64,000 bases of DNA from Clostridia bacterium. Lineage in GTDB: Bacteria > Bacillota > Clostridia > Oscillospirales > Acutalibacteraceae. A program made the position numbers and the translations under genes. A model generated the notes under the pieces. It ran no database searches, was not told where the DNA came from, and was given only the letters and a program-made list of their open reading frames with translations. Positions within the stretch are counted from its first letter, which is position 1; each line of letters starts with the position of its first letter. Where the stretch lies: the NCBI GenBank assembly GCA_017624735.1, contig JAGAMK010000027.1:9280-73279 (forward strand), given 5' to 3'. Below, piece after piece: positions 47,823 through 56,820 of this stretch.

Positions 47823-48248
47823 ATGAATTTCGGATTATTAGGAACATCTTTGGCAATGGGTATTGCTGCGATAGGTTCAGCTATCGGTATAGGTATTGCC
47901 GGTCAGGCATCAATTGGTGCTTGGAAAAAGTGCTATATGAGTAATAAGGCAGCGCCATTTATTCTTACAGTTTTTGCAGGTGCACCTCTTACACAGACAA
48001 TTTACGGTTTCCTTTTGATGCAGCAGATGAAATCTTCAACAGCAGACCCTGCATTTTTGATTGGTCTTGGTATTGCATCAGGTCTTGCAATGGCTTTCTC
48101 AGCAGTATTTCAAGGTAAAGCAGGTGCAGCAGGTGCAGATGCTTTAGCAGAAACAGGAAAAGGATTCTCACAGTACATTACGGTAGTTGGTCTTTGCGAA
48201 ACAGTTGCTTTGTTTGCACTTGTTTTCAGCATGGTGGCACTCGGATAA
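47823..48248 (+). CDS. ntpK: V-type ATPase proteolipid subunit K
   Basis: 141 aa with 4 TM helices and Gly/Ala-rich. PLTQTIYG, FQGK and CETVA align with the Na+-site residues of Enterococcus hirae NtpK. Confidence 0.9.
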   Translation: MNFGLLGTSLAMGIAAIGSAIGIGIAGQASIGAWKKCYMSNKAAPFILTVFAGAPLTQTIYGFLLMQQMKSSTADPAFLIGLGIASGLAMAFSAVFQGKAGAAGADALAETGKGFSQYITVVGLCETVALFALVFSMVALG

Positions 48249-48271
48249 AATAAAAGCATAGTTGATAAACT

Positions 48272-48327
48272 AAAAAAGCGTTGCAAGAGGGGAATGGAGA
48301 TTTCCCAAATGCAACGCGTTTTGTTTT
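48272..48327. repeat. Hairpin repeat family copy B, doubling as a bidirectional terminator
   Basis: aaaaaagcgttgca-aga-ggggaa...tttccc-aaa-tgcaacgc-gttttgtttt between convergent ntpK and the 5'-nucleotidase gene. Confidence 0.7.
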
Positions 48328-48353
48328 ACTTAATTATTTTTTTACAAAAAAAC

Positions 48354-50141
48354 TTAATAGTGGTCAACACCACAGTCACAAATATGATTGATACGGAAGA
48401 GTTTGTTGAAGAAATTAGTGAGAGACCAAATTATATTGACAAAGAAACCATCTTTATGACATATATGGTCACACACACTTACTGGGTCAACATCAATAAT
48501 TTTTATTCTTCCTTCGCCATTTGGGTTACCATATTGTTCAGCGGTAATTTTGCCGTTAAGAGTTTCTGTAAAATACTTAATCAACATCTCAGAATCACAA
48601 GGAAGACCGTCTTTTTGAACAATTCTTGCATCATCAAGCATTGTGAGTCCATCGCCACCCTGAAGAAGCACATACGTACTACCAGCTAATGTGTATTTCT
48701 TATCAAGGTTGATAGGTTCATCGCCTACTCGAACATTCTGAATTCGGCGTTCCTTCGTATTGTCAACTCCAATAAAATTATCGAGTTGGTCAGTAATAAT
48801 GGGGCTTTCTCTGTAAGTGTGGATTTCAAATGTCACACCAGAAACTTGGAAGAAACTGCCGAGAACTTCGGGACATTTACGAGCACCGTGTTCAAGTATA
48901 TCAATAATCTGTTGTCCTGTAACCTCAAGAACACACATTTCATTGTTGAACGCATTCACATCCATAAGATTTTTTCTTGATACACCTCCGACCTCAATCT
49001 CTGCACGAATACCGCCACCATTTGCTATTGCAACATCTGCACCGGTTACAGCACGATAAGCATCGGCAACAAAATCGCCTGCATTCGTTTCTCTCTTCCT
49101 TATAGCCCTACTTCCGTCAGACTCATAGATAATAAGTTTTGCTTCTGAAATGCCGATATCTTCATAAAGATATGCTATGTCTTTGTTGTAACCGTCAACC
49201 TTTTTCTTAACGGTATCGTAAGCTGATTTTGCGTTTGATGACATTGCTTCAATATCAACTTCATCAGGATTTATAAGTTTAAATTCGGCACTGTTATTGG
49301 TGATTGTCAACACACCGAAGTTTGCGAATTTCGTACCTGTTGATGTAAGAATAACATCTTCGTTATCGTTGTTTTTATAAACATTACCTTGGATTGTTTC
49401 ATGAGAATGTGCATCAATAAAATAGTCAATTCCGTCTGTATTGGCAATGATATCGGTCGATTTCCAGCCATCCATCGAACCAATAATACCTGCGTGACCT
49501 ATCGCAACAACACAATCTGCACCATCGTCAATGGCATTATCAACACTTTTCTGAATATTCTCATAAAGGTCTTCATTTTTTAAAGCACCGGGATAAACAG
49601 GAAAGCCGTAAATAAAGTTGCCACTTTCATCCTTAAAGTATTCCGGAGTTGATGAGGTAACTGTTTCCGGAGTTGAGATACCCACAAAAGCAATCTGATA
49701 ACTACCGAAATCTTCAATTGTATAGGGAACTAACACAGGCGAAACTGTTGTGAGATTATAGAAATTAGAACTGATATAATCATATTCAGCCTTGTTCTGT
49801 GCAAGGTCAAGGAAAACTTCCATACCATAATCAAATTCGTGGTTACCCGGTACAGCATAGTCATATCCAACTGCATTCATAATATCTACCACGGCTTCAC
49901 CTTTGGTCATTGAGCCGATAACTTCACCCTGAATTGCATCCCCTGCATCAACGGTTATGACGCTTTTACCCTGTGAGATTAACTCTGCTCTGTAAGCAGC
50001 AAGAACTGCATAATCATCAATTGCACAATGAACATCATTTGTGTAGAGTATTACCACATCCTGCTCCGCCCCTGTAACAACCAACGGCAAAGCGGATATT
50101 ATCATTAAAACTGATAGAATTACTGATAATAATTTTTTCAT
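48354..50141 (-). CDS. Secreted bifunctional metallophosphatase/5'-nucleotidase (UshA-like) with extra Cys/His-rich C-terminal tail
   Basis: Signal peptide, then NDVH, GDAIQG, GNHEFD and GHAG motifs. C-terminal nucleotidase domain, then CDHICHKDG...ICDCGVDHY. Confidence 0.85.
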   Translation of the reverse strand: MKKLLSVILSVLMIISALPLVVTGAEQDVVILYTNDVHCAIDDYAVLAAYRAELISQGKSVITVDAGDAIQGEVIGSMTKGEAVVDIMNAVGYDYAVPGNHEFDYGMEVFLDLAQNKAEYDYISSNFYNLTTVSPVLVPYTIEDFGSYQIAFVGISTPETVTSSTPEYFKDESGNFIYGFPVYPGALKNEDLYENIQKSVDNAIDDGADCVVAIGHAGIIGSMDGWKSTDIIANTDGIDYFIDAHSHETIQGNVYKNNDNEDVILTSTGTKFANFGVLTITNNSAEFKLINPDEVDIEAMSSNAKSAYDTVKKKVDGYNKDIAYLYEDIGISEAKLIIYESDGSRAIRKRETNAGDFVADAYRAVTGADVAIANGGGIRAEIEVGGVSRKNLMDVNAFNNEMCVLEVTGQQIIDILEHGARKCPEVLGSFFQVSGVTFEIHTYRESPIITDQLDNFIGVDNTKERRIQNVRVGDEPINLDKKYTLAGSTYVLLQGGDGLTMLDDARIVQKDGLPCDSEMLIKYFTETLNGKITAEQYGNPNGEGRIKIIDVDPVSVCDHICHKDGFFVNIIWSLTNFFNKLFRINHICDCGVDHY

Positions 50142-50172
50142 AATTTACTCCTATTTTATATATAAATTTTGC

Positions 50173-50934
50173 TTAATAATGTGCTATACCACATTCGCAA
50201 ATTTGGTTTATACCAAAGATTTTGGAGAAGAAAAGTTTGATTTTCCAAAAGCAACCTGCAATTCCGTCTTTGTGACAATTGTGGTCGCAATTATTATATT
50301 TATCAATTTTTTCAGAAACAGAATCAATTTCTATATTAAGTGTAGCAAGTTCATCTGCAATTTCAGCCATTGATTCGGGATTTGTTGCTTTGATTTGCTG
50401 AAGTTCTGTCTTGATAGAACCAATTTCATCTTTAAATTGATTATCGACATCTTTTTCTTCAAGTTCTGCTATTTTAGCTTCAATTTGAGTATAGTCAGGC
50501 TTAATAAACGAGCCATCTGCTATACCTGCTTCAAGGTCGTCACACAAATTGTTGAAACCTTCTTCAAGACCATCAAGGATGTACTGTTCTTCTTCAGAAT
50601 AGTTATTTCTGAGCCACATACCATCTAAGTACTCATCAATCATATCATTCATTTTTTCGTATAAGTAGTCTTTCGCAGTGTCGTTTAAATCGTTGTTAGC
50701 AACGATTTCATCATAACGGTGTTTTGCTTCCTGATATCCACTATAATCAGCTTTTTTCAATCCGCAGATGCATTCATTATCTCCGTCAAAACTATGCTTG
50801 TGTGTATCAACCTTAGGTTCAAGATACTGTTTATTGATTGTGGTCGTCACACCATCATTTTCTGTTGCAAAGGACACTAGTCCTAAGCAAAAGAGCATCG
50901 CTGAAACTAATAAAACACTTAAAATTTTCTTCAT
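50173..50934 (-). CDS. Secreted hypothetical protein with the same Cys/His-rich C-terminal tail
   Basis: Signal peptide MKKILSVLLVSAMLF... and an acidic helical body. C-terminus CDHNCHKDG...ICECGIAHY. Confidence 0.6.
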   Translation of the reverse strand: MKKILSVLLVSAMLFCLGLVSFATENDGVTTTINKQYLEPKVDTHKHSFDGDNECICGLKKADYSGYQEAKHRYDEIVANNDLNDTAKDYLYEKMNDMIDEYLDGMWLRNNYSEEEQYILDGLEEGFNNLCDDLEAGIADGSFIKPDYTQIEAKIAELEEKDVDNQFKDEIGSIKTELQQIKATNPESMAEIADELATLNIEIDSVSEKIDKYNNCDHNCHKDGIAGCFWKIKLFFSKIFGINQICECGIAHY

Positions 50935-50949
50935 ATAATTCTCCTCCGT

Positions 50950-52641
50950 TTAAACGGTTTCTTCTTTATTTAAAAGTTTTTTAAAGCCCTCAATTACAAC
51001 ACATATACCAAGCATAATAATTAGTGTTGCAAATACAAGTTGTAAAACATCACCAAATACATCTATAGATGTTGACGTTATGAGTAATGTCGCTTTTTTA
51101 TAAATCGTCATACCAAGTGCAGAGAAAGTTACTGCAAGCATAATCCCAAGTGGAATATACATAAACCAACGAACTTTCTTTGTGCGTTTAAGAAATACTG
51201 CACAAGCAAGGAAAGCGAATACTGACAAAAGTTGATTTGATGCACCGAAAAGTGCCCATATATTTTTGTAACCTACAAGTGTCAAGCCGTATGCCAACAC
51301 AAGTGTTATAATTGTTGCGAAGTATTTGTTTGTAAGCACCTTTCTGACTTTCCCCATATTTTCATCCTTTATTGAATCGTCAAGGAAAAGTTCCTGAAAT
51401 GAAAGTCTGCCAACTCTTGCAACAGAATCAAGTGAAGTAAGCGCAAACGCTGAAATCGAAAGAGTGATTAGTGTATAAACTATGTCCGAAGAAATTCCGA
51501 GTGTTGTTAAAAAGCCTGATACTGCACCTGCAAAAACCTGTGCCGGTGTGTTCCAACCCTGCGCTGCCGCTTCACCGTTTGCAAATGATGCAACTGCAAT
51601 AAGAGCAATTACAGCCAACATACTTTCAAGTAACATTGAGCCGAAAGATACAGGCAACATATCCTTTTCATTTTTTATCTGTTTGGATGCTGTGCCTGAT
51701 GAAACAAGTGAATGAAATCCTGAAACAGCACCGCAGGCAATTGTTACAAAGAGAATTGGGAAAAGATAGTTCCCGTCAACCTCAAAGCCAACAAATGCAG
51801 GTAAATTAATCTGTGGATTTGCTACAAAAACACCGATAACCGCTGCAATTATCATAGCTACAAGGAGATAGCTATTGAGATAATCTCTTGGCTGAAGAAG
51901 AATCCATACAGGCACAACCGATGCAACAAAAATATAGACAAATACAAATATATGCCACACATCAAGAGATAGAAATATGGGAAGTTTCAGACCTATTGCA
52001 ATTGACACAATCAACATTACTATGGCAATAACTGTATTAACTGCCGTAGGAAGTTTTATGTGTTTTAAAATAAGACCAAGAACCACGGCAAAAATGATAA
52101 ACATCATTGATGTTGTTGCAACTGCACCATTGGCTGCTATGTTAGCACTTTTAACCCTTTCGGTCACAGTAAATCCCATAAAAGTACCTGCAACAATGTC
52201 TGCAAATGCTGCAACAACAAGGATGCAGAAAAGCCAACAGAAAAGCAGGAACATTTTTTTGCCTGTTTTACCAATGTATTTTTCGATTATGTAGCCAATA
52301 CTTCTGCCTTTGTTTCTGACGGATGCATACATTGCCGCAAAATCTTGTACTGCACCAAAAAATACGCCACCAATCAAAACCCATAAAAGTACGGGCACCC
52401 AACCAAACATAGCAGCCTGAATGGGTCCGTTAATTGGTCCTGCACCTGCGATAGATGCAAATTGATGACCAAAAACAACGCTTTTGGGTGCCGGTTCATA
52501 GTCAACTCCGTCACGTTGTTCATAAGCAGGAGTTTTTCTTTTAGGGTCAACACCCCATTTTTTCGCAATCCACCTACCATATAAAATGTATGCAAGAAGC
52601 AACACCGCAAGTGAAATAATCATTATTGTTATACCGTTCAT
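50950..52641 (-). CDS. cstA: Carbon starvation protein A family transporter
   Basis: 563-aa polytopic protein with the characteristic HQFASIAGAGPINGPI motif. Confidence 0.9.
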   Translation of the reverse strand: MNGITIMIISLAVLLLAYILYGRWIAKKWGVDPKRKTPAYEQRDGVDYEPAPKSVVFGHQFASIAGAGPINGPIQAAMFGWVPVLLWVLIGGVFFGAVQDFAAMYASVRNKGRSIGYIIEKYIGKTGKKMFLLFCWLFCILVVAAFADIVAGTFMGFTVTERVKSANIAANGAVATTSMMFIIFAVVLGLILKHIKLPTAVNTVIAIVMLIVSIAIGLKLPIFLSLDVWHIFVFVYIFVASVVPVWILLQPRDYLNSYLLVAMIIAAVIGVFVANPQINLPAFVGFEVDGNYLFPILFVTIACGAVSGFHSLVSSGTASKQIKNEKDMLPVSFGSMLLESMLAVIALIAVASFANGEAAAQGWNTPAQVFAGAVSGFLTTLGISSDIVYTLITLSISAFALTSLDSVARVGRLSFQELFLDDSIKDENMGKVRKVLTNKYFATIITLVLAYGLTLVGYKNIWALFGASNQLLSVFAFLACAVFLKRTKKVRWFMYIPLGIMLAVTFSALGMTIYKKATLLITSTSIDVFGDVLQLVFATLIIMLGICVVIEGFKKLLNKEETV

Positions 52642-52652
52642 TTTGTTCTCTC

Positions 52653-54701
52653 CTATGGTTCAATTATGTTGAATTTTGCATTATCCGTTACGCTGAATTG
52701 ATTAAGGTTATCGACGATAAGATTAAGCTTTGTAGTATCGCCTTCAAGTTTCATTGAGGCACTGATTTTCTTCATATCTCTGCCAAGAATCAGTGCAAGT
52801 GCGTTTTTAGGGCATGTTATTGTAAGGTCAGCAGAATCAGATAAGCAGTTATGATACTGAAGTAATGCCCCGTTTACAAAGCGTAACATATATTTTTCAC
52901 CGGTATCTGATAACTCTACATTTATAACAAAATCCTCATTTGCAAGGGCTTCTTTATCAAGAAGAATTCCAATATAGTCGAATATCATTCCAGGAGTCAT
53001 ATTTTTTAACATGCTACCATCGGTTTTTGCATTTTGACCTTTTTCTGCGGCATTACCGGTTCTAAGCTCAAGAGCCGCTGAAAGATATGCATTTCTCCAT
53101 GTGCCTGACTCGGACTGATACCCAAGTTGTTCCAGTGCGTCTGCACAAAGGAATCTTGCAGCTGTGTTTGAAGGGTCAGCATAGACTAAAACATTGGTTA
53201 CCTCTGCTACCCATTGATATTCACCCTTGTTATAATCTTCCTTGGCTTTACGCAACACTTCGTTTGTATCACCAAGATATTCAACCCATTTTTTTGCACT
53301 TTCTGTGGGTTCAAGAGGATTGAGATTTACTGGGTTAGCATCATACCAGCCGAGGTACTTTTGATAAACTGCCTTTGAGTTGTGAGCAACAGTTCCGTAA
53401 TATTGGCGTGTAAACCAATTCTTTTCAAGCTCTTTTGGGAGTTTTATCATATTTGAAATTTCATCAGAAGTGTAACCCTGATTAATATATGTAAGGGTCT
53501 GGTCATTAATAAATTTATAAACAGCAGCAGTGTCCGTGAGATAATCATTTACAATTTCATTGCCCCAATGTGGCCAATTGTGTGATTGGAAAGTAAGTTC
53601 AACTTCCTTCCCGTAAAGATTTATTGCCTCCGTAATATACCTTGCCCACGCACTTCCATCGCGAACTTGTGCACCTCTTAAAGTGTAGAGGTTATGAAGC
53701 GTTGCAGTACAGTTTTCAGCAACCCAAAGAGCGTTCATCTGTGGGAACCAGATATTCATTTCAGCAGGAGCTTCCGTTCCGGGAGTCATTTGAAATTCCA
53801 TAGTTATACCATCAATAGTGTATGTTTCACCGGTTTCTTTTATTTCGTAAGTGGGAGCAACAAATGAAACTGTACCTGTTGATTGCCCCATTCCAATTCC
53901 CATAGCCACTTTGCCTTTTTCTGATTGCTCAAGAAAAACACCATACTGATAAGATGCTCTTCTGCCCATACCTTTACCTGCGTAAATATTTTCACTTACC
54001 GCATGTTCAGTAAAATGCTGTGGAACAATTATTGGGACAAGTCCGCTTTCTAATTGCTTTTCAAGAGATAATGAACTGTCAGCAATGACGTTTTCAGTAA
54101 TAACACCCTTAATTCCACCATAATGGTCAACATGGGGATGTGAAATAATAACGGCTTTAACAGGTAACTTGCCAAGATTTTTTTCAACAAGTTGCATCGC
54201 CGCTTGAGTGCATTCAACACTCATAAGAGGGTCAAATATAATCCATCCCGTATTGCCTTTGATAAGTGTGAGATTTGCCATGTCATAACCTCTCACCTGA
54301 TAGATATTTTCGCAAACCTCAAACAATCCGTATGCGTGATTATTCTTTGTATTTTCCCAAAGGCTTGGATTCACCGTATCGGGACATTCTTTATAATTAT
54401 CAACAAAGCTATATGCCTTCTGACTCCAGATAACATCTCCGTTTTCATTTTTTATCTCCAGAGCCTCAGGAGCATCAATAAGACCTTTCGTTGCAAATTC
54501 ATATTCTGTTTTATCATTGAAATCAAGAGAGTTATAAAGTGAAGAATTGACCTCAACAGTATATTCAGTTGCTCCTTTACTCTCGGCAGTTAAACCAAGC
54601 TCTGCAACCATATCTTTATCAGTTTTCAAACCACAACCAGCGAAGGCAATTAACAAAGTCGCAGTAAGAGAGATAGAGATTATTTTTTTATTAATTCTCA
54701 T
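52653..54701 (-). CDS. Alkyl/aryl-sulfatase-like MBL-fold lipoprotein (SdsA1-like)
   Basis: Lipobox LLIAFAGC, MBL motif HPHVDHYGG and a C-terminal SCP2-like region. ATG 54701 follows aaaggaga. The track start at 54746 overlaps the upstream gene. Confidence 0.75.
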   Translation of the reverse strand: MRINKKIISISLTATLLIAFAGCGLKTDKDMVAELGLTAESKGATEYTVEVNSSLYNSLDFNDKTEYEFATKGLIDAPEALEIKNENGDVIWSQKAYSFVDNYKECPDTVNPSLWENTKNNHAYGLFEVCENIYQVRGYDMANLTLIKGNTGWIIFDPLMSVECTQAAMQLVEKNLGKLPVKAVIISHPHVDHYGGIKGVITENVIADSSLSLEKQLESGLVPIIVPQHFTEHAVSENIYAGKGMGRRASYQYGVFLEQSEKGKVAMGIGMGQSTGTVSFVAPTYEIKETGETYTIDGITMEFQMTPGTEAPAEMNIWFPQMNALWVAENCTATLHNLYTLRGAQVRDGSAWARYITEAINLYGKEVELTFQSHNWPHWGNEIVNDYLTDTAAVYKFINDQTLTYINQGYTSDEISNMIKLPKELEKNWFTRQYYGTVAHNSKAVYQKYLGWYDANPVNLNPLEPTESAKKWVEYLGDTNEVLRKAKEDYNKGEYQWVAEVTNVLVYADPSNTAARFLCADALEQLGYQSESGTWRNAYLSAALELRTGNAAEKGQNAKTDGSMLKNMTPGMIFDYIGILLDKEALANEDFVINVELSDTGEKYMLRFVNGALLQYHNCLSDSADLTITCPKNALALILGRDMKKISASMKLEGDTTKLNLIVDNLNQFSVTDNAKFNIIEP

Positions 54702-54714
54702 TTTATATTCTCCT

Positions 54715-55062
54715 TTATTTATTTTTTTCGTGTGTGCATATTCCAATCAAATCATCGCCATGAGAATAATATTCACATTCTGCACACTCATTGAATTTAC
54801 TCGGTTTGCCTTTATAGTGCTTGCAAGCATCTTGCATTTTTGTTACAAATGCCTGACCACTGTCTGTATATTCCGGTATTTTAATAAAGTCAGGATAAAT
54901 AGGCATTGGCTCAACTGCGGGATTTTCCCTTTCACATTCCTCATAATAACCGTAATACAGTTTGAATGTATGCCCTTGGATATTCAAAACTTTATAGAGG
55001 TCTCCCTCTTTTATTTGTTTCCTTGTTTCTTTAAAAGAAGAATTACCTAACATCTCATTCAC
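54715..55062 (-). CDS. Hypothetical cytoplasmic protein (115 aa)
   Basis: Long ORF in an operon position upstream of the sulfatase-like gene. No motif recognised. Confidence 0.5.
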   Translation of the reverse strand: MNEMLGNSSFKETRKQIKEGDLYKVLNIQGHTFKLYYGYYEECERENPAVEPMPIYPDFIKIPEYTDSGQAFVTKMQDACKHYKGKPSKFNECAECEYYSHGDDLIGICTHEKNK

Positions 55063-55074
55063 CTTTCTTTCTCA

Positions 55075-55113
55075 ATAAAAAATGCTATACCGTTTCATTG
55101 ACAACAGTATAGC
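55075..55113 (-). terminator. Terminator after the LuxR-type regulator
   Basis: gctatac/gtatagc stem. The minus strand is followed by attttttatt. Confidence 0.5.
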
Positions 55114-55210
55114 AAAGAAATTTTTATTTTTTTACTACCTAAAAAGGCATTTTGGGGTCATATTTTTGAAAGTAATATATATCTTTTATGACATATTTTG
55201 GATATGATTT

Positions 55211-56458
55211 TTATAAGAATGCAGCAAATTCATCACGACTTACACCAGTTTTTTCAGAAACAATGCGAATTGCTTGTTTAACACCCGATAGGGACATATG
55301 AAGTTTTTCGGCGATTTCGCTGTTTTGCAGACCAAAAGAAGCAAGTTTTGCAACTTCTCTCTCTCTTTGTGAAAGTGTTGTGATAATTGTTTTTCCACGA
55401 ACACATCCACTAAGCTTTGACCACCCTGTATTATATATTTTATAAAGTGATTTGATCTTATTCCATACATCAGGGTCAAGCCGAGTTAATCGATTTTCTA
55501 AAAGAGGATATAAAGCACGGCAATACTCTGCAAGTAGTCCATAAAGCTTATCCGGTAGAGCCAATGCTATGGCACGGTCTATATGATAAATTGCCTGCTC
55601 ATCATTTCCGATAGTATTATATACGGCAGCACAAGTCATTCGTAGATAAATTTCTGCAATAAGAGATTTATCTGCCATCGCTTGAGAAATCATAGGCTCA
55701 ATGGTAGATGGTATTATAGTCAACAGAGAAAGTCCGTAAACACCCGGCAATTCAATTTGTTTTGTGGCTAAAGCATATCCTACGGCATATAAATACTTCG
55801 CATAAAATACCTTTGCAGCAGGGAGAGCATCATCTGGCAAAACCTCAAAACGACCAATTTTAAACCATTCCGGAAATGTTTCAATATTATAGAGCATACT
55901 GTCAACTGCCGTAATTGAAAATGCCATAATATCACGGTCTTTATCTGTTTTTCCCGGCGCTTCTGCAATATGCATCTTAGCTTTTCTCCACATATTAAGG
56001 TCACCGTGCCAGATAGCACAAAGTGCTAAAAGCATACCTGCAGAAAGAACGGCATAGAAACCAGAGTGCTTGTTTAATAAGTAATTTGCACTTTCATAAA
56101 CCTTATCAATTTCACCACGGGAATACGCAATTTCTGCAGCAAAAAGAACTTGAGCTTCGTGATTATCAGAAAGTTGTAATATACTTTCCTCAGCGGTGCC
56201 GGGGGTGTTGTATAAATCACTCATATAAAGAAAAGGTGTTTTTCTCGGTAGCGGAAGATTTACATTTAATAAATTAAGCGCTTCTTTTCTGCCCGCTTTT
56301 GTTCTTCCATCTGTGGGACGATTAGCATCTTTTGGAATCATCCAATCTCTGCCAAAGCGAAATGCACCCTCAACTTTCCCCTGAGAACAAAGCACCTGAA
56401 CTCTTCGAGTGGATAAACCCCATTTATTCGCAACATCTTCAATCTTTAAATAATCCAT
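55211..56458 (-). CDS. Transcriptional regulator with N-terminal MerR/excisionase-like HTH, helical repeat middle and C-terminal LuxR/GerE HTH
   Basis: N-terminus LKIEDVANKWGLSTRRVQVLCSQGKV. C-terminus LSQREREVAKLASFGLQNSEIAEKLHMSLSGVKQ. Confidence 0.75.
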   Translation of the reverse strand: MDYLKIEDVANKWGLSTRRVQVLCSQGKVEGAFRFGRDWMIPKDANRPTDGRTKAGRKEALNLLNVNLPLPRKTPFLYMSDLYNTPGTAEESILQLSDNHEAQVLFAAEIAYSRGEIDKVYESANYLLNKHSGFYAVLSAGMLLALCAIWHGDLNMWRKAKMHIAEAPGKTDKDRDIMAFSITAVDSMLYNIETFPEWFKIGRFEVLPDDALPAAKVFYAKYLYAVGYALATKQIELPGVYGLSLLTIIPSTIEPMISQAMADKSLIAEIYLRMTCAAVYNTIGNDEQAIYHIDRAIALALPDKLYGLLAEYCRALYPLLENRLTRLDPDVWNKIKSLYKIYNTGWSKLSGCVRGKTIITTLSQREREVAKLASFGLQNSEIAEKLHMSLSGVKQAIRIVSEKTGVSRDEFAAFL

Positions 56459-56556
56459 TTTTTGCCTCGCAATTGTTATTGTTCGTTTTAACGATTAATA
56501 TATTATTCGTTATGACGTTATATATTATATAGGACCTAAAACAAATTTTCAATAAG

Positions 56557-56699
56557 TTATCAGTAATTTAACGATAGGTTGGATAGATTTTCTTACTAAT
56601 CAAGTAAATAACACATAAAAAGCATTGCAATAGGGGAGCGACATTTCCCCAATGCAACGCTTGATTTGTTTAAATGGCTTAAATACTATATAAAACAAC
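56557..56699 (+). repeat. ~145-bp direct repeat, copy C (contains hairpin core 56617-56670)
   Basis: Alignable end to end with 58663-58807 (ttatcagtaatttaacga ... aaatggcttaaatactatataaaacaac). Confidence 0.85.
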
Positions 56700-56737
56700 A
56701 ATATTACTATCTAAGAAATGCGATGGAGTTTGAACTA

Positions 56738-56765
56738 TTGATTTTTGTTGTGTGAATGATATAAT
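56738..56765 (+). promoter_or_regulatory. Promoter cassette TTGATT-16 nt-TGATATAAT for the GH32 gene
   Basis: ttgatttttgttgtgtgaatgatataat, near-identical to 4709-4736. Confidence 0.5.
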
Positions 56766-56820
56766 TATCTCAATAAACTTAAAGTTTATGAATCGGGATT
56801 TATACTAAAAGAGGGTTTAT

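Noticed and set aside
54547-55050. 167-aa plus-strand ORF, and 48294-48689 (131 aa)
   Set aside because: They are antisense to the sulfatase-like/hypothetical genes and to the 5'-nucleotidase gene respectively. The 48294 ORF starts inside the terminator/repeat hairpin.
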